A stretch of 64,000 nt of DNA from an uncultured Patescibacteria group bacterium (GTDB lineage: Bacteria > Patescibacteriota > Patescibacteriia > Veblenbacterales > UBA10138): the NCBI GenBank assembly GCA_937929825.1, contig CALFUV010000004.1:1042-65041 (forward strand). Direction: 5' to 3'. Shown here one piece after another: positions 1 through 8,792 of the stretch. The first letter of the stretch is position 1. Every line of letters starts with the position of its first letter. Position numbers and translations under genes: made by a program. Under the pieces are notes generated by a model. That model was given only the letters and a program-made list of their open reading frames with translations, searched no databases and was not told the DNA's origin.

Positions 1-1754
1 TTGACTGTTAAACTTTTATCAATGGAAAGGCGCTGCACAGAAAGATTATTAATACCGGCATTACCTAAAACTCCCAAACTGTTAGCAAAAATATGGCCAG
101 TAGCTTCAATAGTACCAGCCGTTAAACGAGTAGCTTCAATTCTTCCGGCATCAACTGTATCTAAAATAGCAGGGCCAAATACCTGCAATTCCTGCATCTT
201 GGTTAATCCTAAACCGCCTTCTAAATTTAGAGCACCGCGCAGAGTTAATGGTCCTTGAATAACAGCCCCACCACTTCTAACTTGTAAACTATAAACATCT
301 AGTAAACCAGTTGGTTCAGAAAACACCAATTGACGAGGTTCTGTGCCAGCTGTTAAACCACCGACTAAAGTCATAGGACCTGTGACAGATAAAGATTTTA
401 TTGATGATGAATCAGCCGATAAATTACTAAATGAACCTGTACCAGAATTTAAATTAACAGCCGATAAATTGTTAGTTATTAATTTTCCGGAAACAGTAAA
501 ATTAGTAACAGTTGACGGCCATACATTACTGGAAATATTTTGAGGTTTTTCCTTTTCAGCTGTTGTTCTAGTCTCAACAGCAATTTTATCTTCTTTAACT
601 TCAATTGGTTCTAAATTTTTAACCTCTTCTAAATCTTTATCTATTTTATTGTCAATAATAATTGAACCATCATCAGACGGTAATAAATCTTTTTTTTCAT
701 CATCACCCCGTAACAAAGGAGGAGCTTCAATTTTTTTATCTTCAACTACCAATTTATCAATCTTAGTGCTTGGAGAAATATTTACAGCCACAGAAGAACT
801 GCTACGCCGGAAAAATGCTATCGCGCTGGTACGAATACCATCAAGCCAACGTAAAAATCTTGTGTAACTAAATAAACTTTCTTCATCTGCTACTGTACCC
901 AAACCCTTAACTCTACCAACTTGATATATTTCAGATTCATCTATGCGATTGAAGGCTATTTTAATTGCTTTACCAAAACTATTTATCCCAGGTGATAATC
1001 TTTGGCCTAGAGCAATTTGAAAATAAAATGGTTTATAAGCCAGTGGTTCAGTAATAGATGCGAAATTTTTACCGAAGGCTAAAAATTTCGGATAACTAAC
1101 CCGATCATAAGGTTGTAAACCATTTGATATTTTTTTGCCGATCTGCATCTGCAAATCTACTAATTTAGAAGACAAATGATACAGAATGCTACTCTCTGAT
1201 ATAAAAGCTATTACAATATCTTCTGATAAACTTTTTATTCCAACTTTGGTTTGTTTAACATAAGCTGGGGCGAAAATTACACCCATTAAACCAATTACTA
1301 TTAAAAAGATACTAACCGTTACAGGTTTAAAACTAAATAATTTAAAAGACCATGCCTTGTTCAAAATGAACTTAACATGATCTGTAAATGCATCAAATAT
1401 CTCAGAGATTAAGTCAATAATCAGTTTTTGCCCTTGACTCAAGATTAATTTAACTGGTTGTTTAGTTTCTAGTTCTTCTACAACCTCAATAGTCTCTGTT
1501 TCGGGCCTATTCTTAATCTCAAGAGCGTTATTGCCGGAATGTATAACAGAAGCATAACGTCTTACTGAATAATGAGCCATGTACTCATTAACCCACTCTC
1601 GGGTAGTAAACCAGACCTTACCTAATTTTACCGCTTTTAGTTTCCCCTGCCCTGCTCTTAAACGAAAATAATCAGCTGAATAAGGTGAACCCTCTGCTGC
1701 TTGTTGCAGGGTTAAAAATTGCTGTGAAATTGTCTGGTCTTTTTTCTCCGGCAT
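1..1754 (-). CDS. Partial (3'-truncated at window edge) membrane protein: N-terminal HTH_17/excisionase-MerR-like DNA-binding domain, one TM helix, long Gly/Thr/Leu-rich beta-repeat extracytoplasmic region
   Basis: My own translation of the minus strand from ATG (complement of 1752-1754) gave no stop codon down to position 1. The ORF track omits it because its stop lies off-window. The N-terminus QQFLTLQQAAEGSPYSADYFRLRAGQGKLKAVKLGKVWFTTREWVNEY matches the HTH_17 pattern. VTVSIFLIVIGLMGVIFAPAYV is a hydrophobic TM segment. The C-terminal part has repeats such as LSVTGPMTLVGGLTAGTEP and ATRLTAGTIEATGHIFAN. The plus-strand ORFs 1..258, 343..543 and 649..867 overlap it and are likely spurious. 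Confidence 0.55.
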   Translation of the reverse strand, partial: MPEKKDQTISQQFLTLQQAAEGSPYSADYFRLRAGQGKLKAVKLGKVWFTTREWVNEYMAHYSVRRYASVIHSGNNALEIKNRPETETIEVVEELETKQPVKLILSQGQKLIIDLISEIFDAFTDHVKFILNKAWSFKLFSFKPVTVSIFLIVIGLMGVIFAPAYVKQTKVGIKSLSEDIVIAFISESSILYHLSSKLVDLQMQIGKKISNGLQPYDRVSYPKFLAFGKNFASITEPLAYKPFYFQIALGQRLSPGINSFGKAIKIAFNRIDESEIYQVGRVKGLGTVADEESLFSYTRFLRWLDGIRTSAIAFFRRSSSSVAVNISPSTKIDKLVVEDKKIEAPPLLRGDDEKKDLLPSDDGSIIIDNKIDKDLEEVKNLEPIEVKEDKIAVETRTTAEKEKPQNISSNVWPSTVTNFTVSGKLITNNLSAVNLNSGTGSFSNLSADSSSIKSLSVTGPMTLVGGLTAGTEPRQLVFSEPTGLLDVYSLQVRSGGAVIQGPLTLRGALNLEGGLGLTKMQELQVFGPAILDTVDAGRIEATRLTAGTIEATGHIFANSLGVLGNAGINNLSVQRLSIDKSLTV

Positions 1755-1857
1755 AATCCCGGAATAAGTACTATATTTATTTAGATTTTTATTTTTTGGC
1801 TTATTTTAGCCGTATATGTCTTAATTATAGCATGGTTAAGAGAAAAAATCAATATCG

Positions 1858-1874
1858 TATACGATTACGTATAC
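1858..1874. promoter_or_regulatory. Operator-like site TATACGAT-N3-GTATAC, copy A, embedded in the perfect inverted repeat GTATACG-ATTA-CGTATAC
   Basis: About 100 bp upstream of the HTH-membrane gene start. The same 14 fixed positions recur at 2239-2255. Confidence 0.4.
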
Positions 1875-2201
1875 TATAAAAAATATTAAAAAATATCATT
1901 TGTTATAACTACTAAAATTTGTATTATTCAACACGCAATATATAAACAAATTTTGTTTATTAATTACATGAAATTTTACATAATTTACAAGCTAGTTATA
2001 CTGAATATTAAATTTAATTAAAATCTTGAACGAACTCCTTAATCCTAGATCATTAAGGCTTTAAGTTTTATACAAAATTCTTTAGCTATAATTTGCTGAG
2101 GTAAATCTATTTATTAAAAATGTTTATAATTTTCTAGATCTAAAAACCATAACAATTATTGACAGATTAATTTTTTATTTGTCTGGTAATAAATTTAAGA
2201 T

Positions 2202-2228
2202 CTTGACACACTTGACACATTTGACACG
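2202..2228. repeat. Three tandem 9-bp repeats CTTGACACA / CTTGACACA / TTTGACACG, each a TTGACA (-35-like) box, plus a fourth TTGACA at 2159-2164
   Basis: Read directly from the sequence, in the 530-bp intergenic region between mltG and the HTH-membrane gene. Confidence 0.6.
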
Positions 2229-2238
2229 TAAAAAAGCA

Positions 2239-2255
2239 TATACGATGAAGTATAC
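2239..2255. promoter_or_regulatory. Operator-like site TATACGAT-N3-GTATAC, copy B
   Basis: Sits immediately downstream of the TTGACA repeats. It shares TATACGATnnnGTATAC with copy A, 380 bp away. Confidence 0.4.
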
Positions 2256-2286
2256 GCCTTAAAAAATGGTGTAATATAAATATCTT

Positions 2287-3336
2287 TTACTTTAAATATT
2301 TAATCTTAGCCGCTTTATGTTCTTCAAAGTTTCTAGAATATATTACTTGGCCAGAAGGAGTTGTCAGAAAAAACCAATAATCATTAGGTGTTGACTCAAA
2401 TACTGCCTGTAAAGAACTAAGACCAGGATTGGAAATTGGCCCCGGCGGCAATCCTGTATATTTATATGTATTATAAGGTGAATCCACTTGCAAATCAGCA
2501 GCAGTAACAGCGGGTAATTTTTTCCCTGTAATATAATTTATAGTTGAATCAGCTTGTAGAGGAATTCCAGCTTTCATACGCTTATAAAATATATCTGCTA
2601 CTAATTTACGGTCATTAAATCCCGGTACTTCCATCTCAATTATGCTGGCTAATGTCAGGGCTTTATGTATAGTCAAGCCACGACTGCTTAAAGTTTCATT
2701 CCAATCCTCCTGCCACTTTTTTTCTAAATTATTGAGCATCCGCATAGCCACCTCTTCGGCAGTTGATGAGGCATATACTCTGTAAGTATCGGGGAAAAGA
2801 TAACCTTCTAAACTACCTCCGGGCCAGCTATTCAATATGGTGCCTTTAAAATTTTTTACTAAATTTTCAGTTCTTTCACCGCCACCTACTGCTGCCTCAA
2901 AATCTCCCTTGGTCAAAAAATTGATTTGTGACAAATACTCATCTATTTGTTTAATATTCCAACCTTCAATTAAACGAATAGTTAACTCTTTCGGTGTAAT
3001 AATAGATCCTGTAATCATTCGCACTAAATTATAAATATTCACATTGCTTGGCAAATTATATTCACCAATTTTAATTTCGTCATCTTTCCCTGAAATAAAT
3101 AACCAACTCCTAAACCAAAATTTACTTTTTATCAATTCAACTGTTTTAAGTTTTTGTGCTATTTCCCCTATAGTCTGCTCCGGTGTTATATCTATTTTTA
3201 TATAACGACCAGCTGGACCAACTGGTCTGCTTAATTGATAATTAACTAATAAACTGCCAATTATGAGTAGTATAAATAACAAACTGACCTTACTCATAAT
3301 TTTCCTAATAGAAACTCTCCTCTTCATAATATACAT
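2287..3336 (-). CDS. mltG: Endolytic murein transglycosylase MltG (YceG-like)
   Basis: 349-aa ORF with an N-terminal TM anchor. It has YceG-family motifs, including the GLPPGPI segment near the C-terminus. Confidence 0.8.
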   Translation of the reverse strand: MYIMKRRVSIRKIMSKVSLLFILLIIGSLLVNYQLSRPVGPAGRYIKIDITPEQTIGEIAQKLKTVELIKSKFWFRSWLFISGKDDEIKIGEYNLPSNVNIYNLVRMITGSIITPKELTIRLIEGWNIKQIDEYLSQINFLTKGDFEAAVGGGERTENLVKNFKGTILNSWPGGSLEGYLFPDTYRVYASSTAEEVAMRMLNNLEKKWQEDWNETLSSRGLTIHKALTLASIIEMEVPGFNDRKLVADIFYKRMKAGIPLQADSTINYITGKKLPAVTAADLQVDSPYNTYKYTGLPPGPISNPGLSSLQAVFESTPNDYWFFLTTPSGQVIYSRNFEEHKAAKIKYLK

Positions 3337-3427
3337 GTAAATTAATTTTCTTTATTTTATAACTTAATTGCTTAAATTACCAGTTTAAATAAAAAATAGC
3401 AATAAATAATTATTGAGGATATAAATC

Positions 3428-4057
3428 TTATTCACTTATAAGTGGTACAAAAACAAAACCCGGATATTCAGTGATATCAAAACTACTGCCTTTTTTTATA
3501 ATTCTTAACATGGTTTGAGTTTCCTTACCAACCGGCACAACCATTACTCCCCCATCTTTAAGTTGTGAAATTAACGCTTCAGGAATTCTACTTGCAGCTG
3601 CTGAAACTATTATACGGTCATATGGTGAATTTTTTTTATAGCCTTGAGTACCATCACCTATAATATATTGAACTCTTTTTCCCAATAAATCTTTAATATT
3701 CTCTCTGCCCTGCTTGGCTAAAATTTTTATTCTTTCCATAGCCACTACCGAACCTTGAAGACCAACAATAGCAGCCAACAATGCAGTTACATAACCAGAA
3801 CCAGCGCCAATCTCTAATATATTTTGACCAGACTCCGGCGATAGTAATTCCAGCATAAACGCCACGGTACTAGGTTGAGAAATAGTCTGTCCCTCACCTA
3901 TTGGGAGAGGTTGATCAGCATACGCTAACCCTTGCCATTTTTTATTTATAAAATGCGCTCTGTCAACTTTTATAAACCCGTTTATTAACGCCGGTGTTTT
4001 TAAAACACCCCGGGCAATCATAAAATCAACCAGAGCTTGGTTGGATTCAAAAATCAT
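3428..4057 (-). CDS. pcm: Protein-L-isoaspartate O-methyltransferase
   Basis: TISQPSTVAFMLELL, ILEIGAGSGY and DRIIVSAAA motifs, typical of PCMT. Confidence 0.85.
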   Translation of the reverse strand: MIFESNQALVDFMIARGVLKTPALINGFIKVDRAHFINKKWQGLAYADQPLPIGEGQTISQPSTVAFMLELLSPESGQNILEIGAGSGYVTALLAAIVGLQGSVVAMERIKILAKQGRENIKDLLGKRVQYIIGDGTQGYKKNSPYDRIIVSAAASRIPEALISQLKDGGVMVVPVGKETQTMLRIIKKGSSFDITEYPGFVFVPLISE

Positions 4058-4058
4058 A

Positions 4059-4595
4059 TTACTTACTTTTTTCTGTAGAACTAAACAAAAAATCTGATAT
4101 TTTCACAGTTAAATAACCAAAACTAACTCCTACTAACGCACCGGCTAATACATCCAAAGGATAATGAACACCGACCGCTACCCGGCCTAAACTAACCAAA
4201 AATGCTAGCGCATATACCCAACGCCATTGCGGTCTCCTTTTGCTAATCAAAAATGCTAAGAAAAAAGCTAAAGTCGCATGATCAGAAGGAAAAGATTTAG
4301 TTTGTGCCCCCACATCAATTAAAGAAGGTAAATCAAGAGTAAAAAAAGGACGAGGCCGCCATAACCACACAGAAACTAAAGCATTAAAAATATAGGCAGT
4401 CAAAACACCCCAAAAAACAGACAGCAATCCCACAGGTTTAGATTGTTGATCTAACAATATGCTAAGCAATAACCAAATAACCAGTAACCAAATTAAACCT
4501 GAGGCCGCTATAACAGCTAAGGCTTGCCAATAAATTGATTTGGCAATCAAAGAAACTATTATTTCATAAATTTGCCTATCTAAGCCTAAGCACAT
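4059..4595 (-). CDS. PAP2-superfamily phosphatase (likely undecaprenyl-diphosphate/phosphatidylglycerophosphate phosphatase)
   Basis: Multi-TM protein carrying the three PAP2 motifs: KX6RP (WLWRPRP), PSxH (FPSDHA) and (S/G)RX5HX3D (GRVAVGVHYPLD). Confidence 0.6.
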   Translation of the reverse strand: MCLGLDRQIYEIIVSLIAKSIYWQALAVIAASGLIWLLVIWLLLSILLDQQSKPVGLLSVFWGVLTAYIFNALVSVWLWRPRPFFTLDLPSLIDVGAQTKSFPSDHATLAFFLAFLISKRRPQWRWVYALAFLVSLGRVAVGVHYPLDVLAGALVGVSFGYLTVKISDFLFSSTEKSK

Positions 4596-4611
4596 CTACT
4601 TTATTTTAACT

Positions 4612-5472
4612 CTAAAACTGACATTGTGCACAATAATGAGTACCTCTTCCGGCAATAATTGTTTTATTTATAGCCCGACCACAGCGTCGACAGGGTTCAT
4701 CTGTTCGACCATATACATAACGATTCTGCCAATATGAACCATTCTTACCCAAAGCATCCACATAATTGCTAAAAGAAGTACCACGTGCCATAATTGCTCG
4801 TCTTAATACTTGTTTAATAGACCTATGTAAATTTCTTAGCTGTTGAAGTTTTAATTCAGCTACCTGCCGGTCTGGTTTAATTCTTGCTAAAAATAAACTC
4901 TCATCTACATAAATATTACCCAAACCGGCTACCACTTTTTGATCAAGCAATACTGATTTTATCTTGGAGCGACTACGCTTCTTTAAAATTTTTATAAACC
5001 TGCTTAGGGTAAAACTACTACTTAAAGGCTCCGGTCCATATTTTGATAACCATAATTCTATTTCCTGCTGATTAACTAACTGCCAATAACCAAACTGCCT
5101 GACATCATTATAAAAAAGTTTAGAACCGTTTAATAAACCCAATGTAATATAAGTATATTTATTAGGCACCTTACTAACTCCAACAATGGGATGACCACCG
5201 CTTTTAACACCACCAGCTCGACCACGCCAAACTAACTGCCCAGTCATCTTTAAATGAATAATAAGATAATACCCGCTAGACAACTCAATTAATAAAAGTT
5301 TAGCCCGTCGTTTAACAGACAAAATTTTTGCGCCAAGTAGATAGTGATTAAAAAATATTAATTTATTCCTCAATAATTTAGGTTTATTAACCTTAAAATA
5401 ATTTATTCGTTGATTTACTAACACAGAAGCTAAATCACGTTTAATTGTTTCCACTTCTGGTAATTCGGGCAT
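4612..5472 (-). CDS. mutM: Formamidopyrimidine-DNA glycosylase (Fpg/Nei family)
   Basis: Canonical N-terminal MPELPEVE. C-terminal zinc finger CRRCG...HYCAQC. Confidence 0.85.
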   Translation of the reverse strand: MPELPEVETIKRDLASVLVNQRINYFKVNKPKLLRNKLIFFNHYLLGAKILSVKRRAKLLLIELSSGYYLIIHLKMTGQLVWRGRAGGVKSGGHPIVGVSKVPNKYTYITLGLLNGSKLFYNDVRQFGYWQLVNQQEIELWLSKYGPEPLSSSFTLSRFIKILKKRSRSKIKSVLLDQKVVAGLGNIYVDESLFLARIKPDRQVAELKLQQLRNLHRSIKQVLRRAIMARGTSFSNYVDALGKNGSYWQNRYVYGRTDEPCRRCGRAINKTIIAGRGTHYCAQCQF

Positions 5473-5564
5473 AAAAGTTTCCAGCCTAAAATTAAATAAT
5501 TTATCTATATTGGTATGCTAATATAAATTCTACTGCTTACTTTACTTTCTTATACTTATTGTAA

Positions 5565-7142
5565 TTATAATAGACTGTGACCGGTCATAGTCCTTGGTTT
5601 TGGCAAACCCATTATTTTAAGAATAGTTGGCGCTACATCAGCCAATACTCCTGCCGGTGTCAATTTAGAAAGATCATCAGTCACTAATTGACCAGTTCCA
5701 GCCTTATCTTCCAATTCCCGAGCCACAATAATACAGGGCACGGGATTATTAGTATGCTCTTTATTAATAGTCCCTGTCTGTATATCAATAATACACTCAG
5801 CATTGCCATGATCTGCTGTTACTATAACTGCCCCACCATATTCCAGTGTACCAGCAACTACCTCACCTATACATTCATCTAATATATTTATAGCTTTTAC
5901 CGTTGCTGGTAAATTGCCAGTATGTCCCACCATATCGGCATTAGCAAAATTTATTACATAAAAATCATATTTACCAGTTCTGATCTCTTGTAAAAATCTA
6001 TCGGTTATACCGCGAGCTGACATTTCCGGTTTAATATCATAAGATGACACAACTGGCGAGGGTATCAAAATATGATCCTCACCTTCATAAGCTTGTTCCC
6101 TTCCACCATTAAAAAAATAAGTCACATGAGCATATTTTTCTGTTTCAGCTAAATGAAGTTGTTTAAATCCAGCTTCCGAAATTATTCTAGCTAACGGATA
6201 TTCAATCACCTGAGGAGGAAAAGCTACCTCTACCGGCATATTTTTCTCATATTCTGTCATGGTTACAAAATGAAGTTTATTTAGGGTGTGTCGGGGAAAT
6301 TTTTCAAAACTAGGTAAAACAAAAGCCTGTGTCAATTGTCGCGCTCTGTCTGCCCGGAAATTAAAAAAAATCACCACGTCATTATCTTTAATTGTAGCTA
6401 CCGGTTTACCACTTTCAATAATTACTGTTGGTACAACTTGTTCATCAAAAACCTTGGCTTCATAAGAAGCAGTTAAACCACGAATAGCTGACACTACTGG
6501 CTTACCCTTTCCTTCCACTAAACAATCATAAGCTGCCTGAATTCTATCCCAATGATTATCCCTGTCCATAGCGTAATACCGACCCATAATCGTGGCAATT
6601 TTACCTACACCTATTTTTTTTATTTTACTAGATAATTCCTCCAAATATAATTTAGCAGAATCAAATGGAGTATCACGTCCATCAAGAAAAGCATGTACAT
6701 AAACATCTTTAAGTCCAGAATACTTAGCCAATTCCAATAGTGCATATAAATGATCAATTGAGCTATGAACACCGCCAGGACTAGCCAAACCCATAAGATG
6801 CAAACTACTACTTCTTTTTTGGGCAACAAACATAGCCTCCGTCAAAACAGAATTTGAAAAAAAGGTTTTATCTACTATGGAGTTGGTGATGCGAGGTAAT
6901 TCCTGAAATAAAATAGTGCCGGCTCCCAGTGTCAAATGGCCAACTTCACTGTTGCCTATTTCTCCCCACGGCAAACCAACTGCCTCACCTGAGGCTTGTA
7001 GGATAAGGGTCGGATAAGTAACTATTAAACGATGCCAAACAGGTGTTTGAGCTAAATTAATAGCATTAGCCCGGGAGGGCGGCGCTACCCCCCAGCCGTC
7101 TAATATCACAAGTACCACCGGCTTTGGTCTTTGCTGAAACAT
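5565..7142 (-). CDS. gpmI: 2,3-bisphosphoglycerate-independent phosphoglycerate mutase (iPGM), copy 1
   Basis: VVLVILDGWGV and the catalytic-Ser motif GNSEVGHLTLGAG. Length 525 aa. Confidence 0.9.
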   Translation of the reverse strand: MFQQRPKPVVLVILDGWGVAPPSRANAINLAQTPVWHRLIVTYPTLILQASGEAVGLPWGEIGNSEVGHLTLGAGTILFQELPRITNSIVDKTFFSNSVLTEAMFVAQKRSSSLHLMGLASPGGVHSSIDHLYALLELAKYSGLKDVYVHAFLDGRDTPFDSAKLYLEELSSKIKKIGVGKIATIMGRYYAMDRDNHWDRIQAAYDCLVEGKGKPVVSAIRGLTASYEAKVFDEQVVPTVIIESGKPVATIKDNDVVIFFNFRADRARQLTQAFVLPSFEKFPRHTLNKLHFVTMTEYEKNMPVEVAFPPQVIEYPLARIISEAGFKQLHLAETEKYAHVTYFFNGGREQAYEGEDHILIPSPVVSSYDIKPEMSARGITDRFLQEIRTGKYDFYVINFANADMVGHTGNLPATVKAINILDECIGEVVAGTLEYGGAVIVTADHGNAECIIDIQTGTINKEHTNNPVPCIIVARELEDKAGTGQLVTDDLSKLTPAGVLADVAPTILKIMGLPKPRTMTGHSLL

Positions 7143-7146
7143 ACTT

Positions 7147-8724
7147 TTATAACAAACTATGGCGTTTCATTTCCTTTGGTTTATCTTTACCCAAATAATC
7201 AAGTATGGTTGGTGCTACATCGCCTAGCACACCACGACGATGACGAAATGATTTGCCACGATAAGCTGTATTATAAAGTATGAATGGCACTGGATTGTTA
7301 GAATGCTCAGTATCAACTTCCCCTGTATCACGATTTATAAATTCCTCAACATTCCCATGGTCAGCAGTAATAAACATAGTACCATGCAATTTTCTTATTT
7401 GTCCGGCTATGGTATTCAAAGCTCTATCTACTGCTTCCATAGCCAAAATACCGGCCTCTAAATTACCGGTATGACCAACCATATCTGGATTTGCAAAATT
7501 AACGGCAATAAAATCATATTTTTTGGCTTTAAGCACCCGCACTACGTAACTGGTTATTTTATCGGCTGACATCTCCGGAGTGGCGTCATAGGAATCAACT
7601 TTTGGAGACGGGACTGATACTCTATCTTCGCCGGCTACCGGATGATCATAACCACCATTAAAAAAGAAAGTTATATGAGCAAACTTTTCGCTTTCTGCTA
7701 TATAAAGCTGTCTTAATCCCCTAAGCGCAAAAGGTAAACTATTTCTAATATCACGACTAGGATAAGCTGTTAGTATGTGATCCAAATCTGGACCAAAATC
7801 AGTCAAAGCTACAAAGCATAAATTTTTTAAAACCTTCCAGCGTTTAAAAGCACCCTTATTAACTTTTTCAAAATCAATTTGCACAAAAGGCTTAGCTAAT
7901 TGCCTAGCTCTGTCTGATCTTAAATTAAAAAATATTACTGCATCATTATCACGAATAACCCCCTTGGGCATACCGCGTTTATCAGTAATTATGGCAGGAC
8001 TAATAAATTCATCACTCTCTCCTCGATTATAAGCGTGCCTAATAGCTGCTTCAGCTGATATCTCAGCTCGGCCACGTCCTCGCGTTAATAAATCATAAGT
8101 TAAAGCAGTGCGGGACCATTCTTTTTTTCTATCCATAGCATATAAACGTCCGCAAATAGAAGCTATCACTTCACCATTCTTCAATCTTTTCTTTACTTCA
8201 CCTATAAATTTTATGGCATCATAACGAGCTGAATCACGCCCATCAGTAAAAAAATGTAAATACACTCTCTTTAAACGGTGTAACTGTATTAGTTTTAATA
8301 AAGCCATAAAGTGATCAGGTGATGAATGTCCGCTATTGTAATTTGATAACAATCCCATTAAATGTAGGTTTGATTTTTCCGACTTAACATGCTCAATAGC
8401 TGTACGAAAAGTCTGATTTTTGAAAAAAGTTCCGTCACGAATGCTTTTACTAATAATCACTGCGTCCTGATCTACAATACGGCCAGCTCCAAGATTTAAG
8501 TGTCCAGCCTCTGAATTACCAACCTGACCCTTTGGTAACCCCACTGCCTCACCTGAAGCCTTAAGTAGGGCACGGGGATATTTTCCGCTAATCTCTTTAA
8601 GAAAAGGTGTGCGTGCTATTACAGTAGCATCACTATCTTCGCCGCCATGTAGATTTACTCCCCAACCATCTAAAATTGCTAAAACTACGGGATGGTATTT
8701 AGTATTAGTATTTTTTTTATCCAT
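7147..8724 (-). CDS. gpmI: 2,3-bisphosphoglycerate-independent phosphoglycerate mutase (iPGM), divergent paralog copy 2
   Basis: HPVVLAILDGWGV and GNSEAGHLNLGAG. Same length (525 aa) as copy 1 and directly in tandem with it. Both copies look intact. Confidence 0.85.
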   Translation of the reverse strand: MDKKNTNTKYHPVVLAILDGWGVNLHGGEDSDATVIARTPFLKEISGKYPRALLKASGEAVGLPKGQVGNSEAGHLNLGAGRIVDQDAVIISKSIRDGTFFKNQTFRTAIEHVKSEKSNLHLMGLLSNYNSGHSSPDHFMALLKLIQLHRLKRVYLHFFTDGRDSARYDAIKFIGEVKKRLKNGEVIASICGRLYAMDRKKEWSRTALTYDLLTRGRGRAEISAEAAIRHAYNRGESDEFISPAIITDKRGMPKGVIRDNDAVIFFNLRSDRARQLAKPFVQIDFEKVNKGAFKRWKVLKNLCFVALTDFGPDLDHILTAYPSRDIRNSLPFALRGLRQLYIAESEKFAHITFFFNGGYDHPVAGEDRVSVPSPKVDSYDATPEMSADKITSYVVRVLKAKKYDFIAVNFANPDMVGHTGNLEAGILAMEAVDRALNTIAGQIRKLHGTMFITADHGNVEEFINRDTGEVDTEHSNNPVPFILYNTAYRGKSFRHRRGVLGDVAPTILDYLGKDKPKEMKRHSLL

Positions 8725-8792
8725 AATTTAAACTAGATAAAAACTAGGGCTAATTCAGCTTGTTGTTGAAATTATACTTTAAAAATGTCAGC

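Noticed and set aside
1-867. Plus-strand ORFs 1..258, 343..543 and 649..867 from the ORF track
   Set aside because: They lie entirely inside the long minus-strand reading frame (1-1754), which has a recognisable HTH domain and TM helix. They have low-complexity translations and no RBS, so they are likely antisense artefacts.
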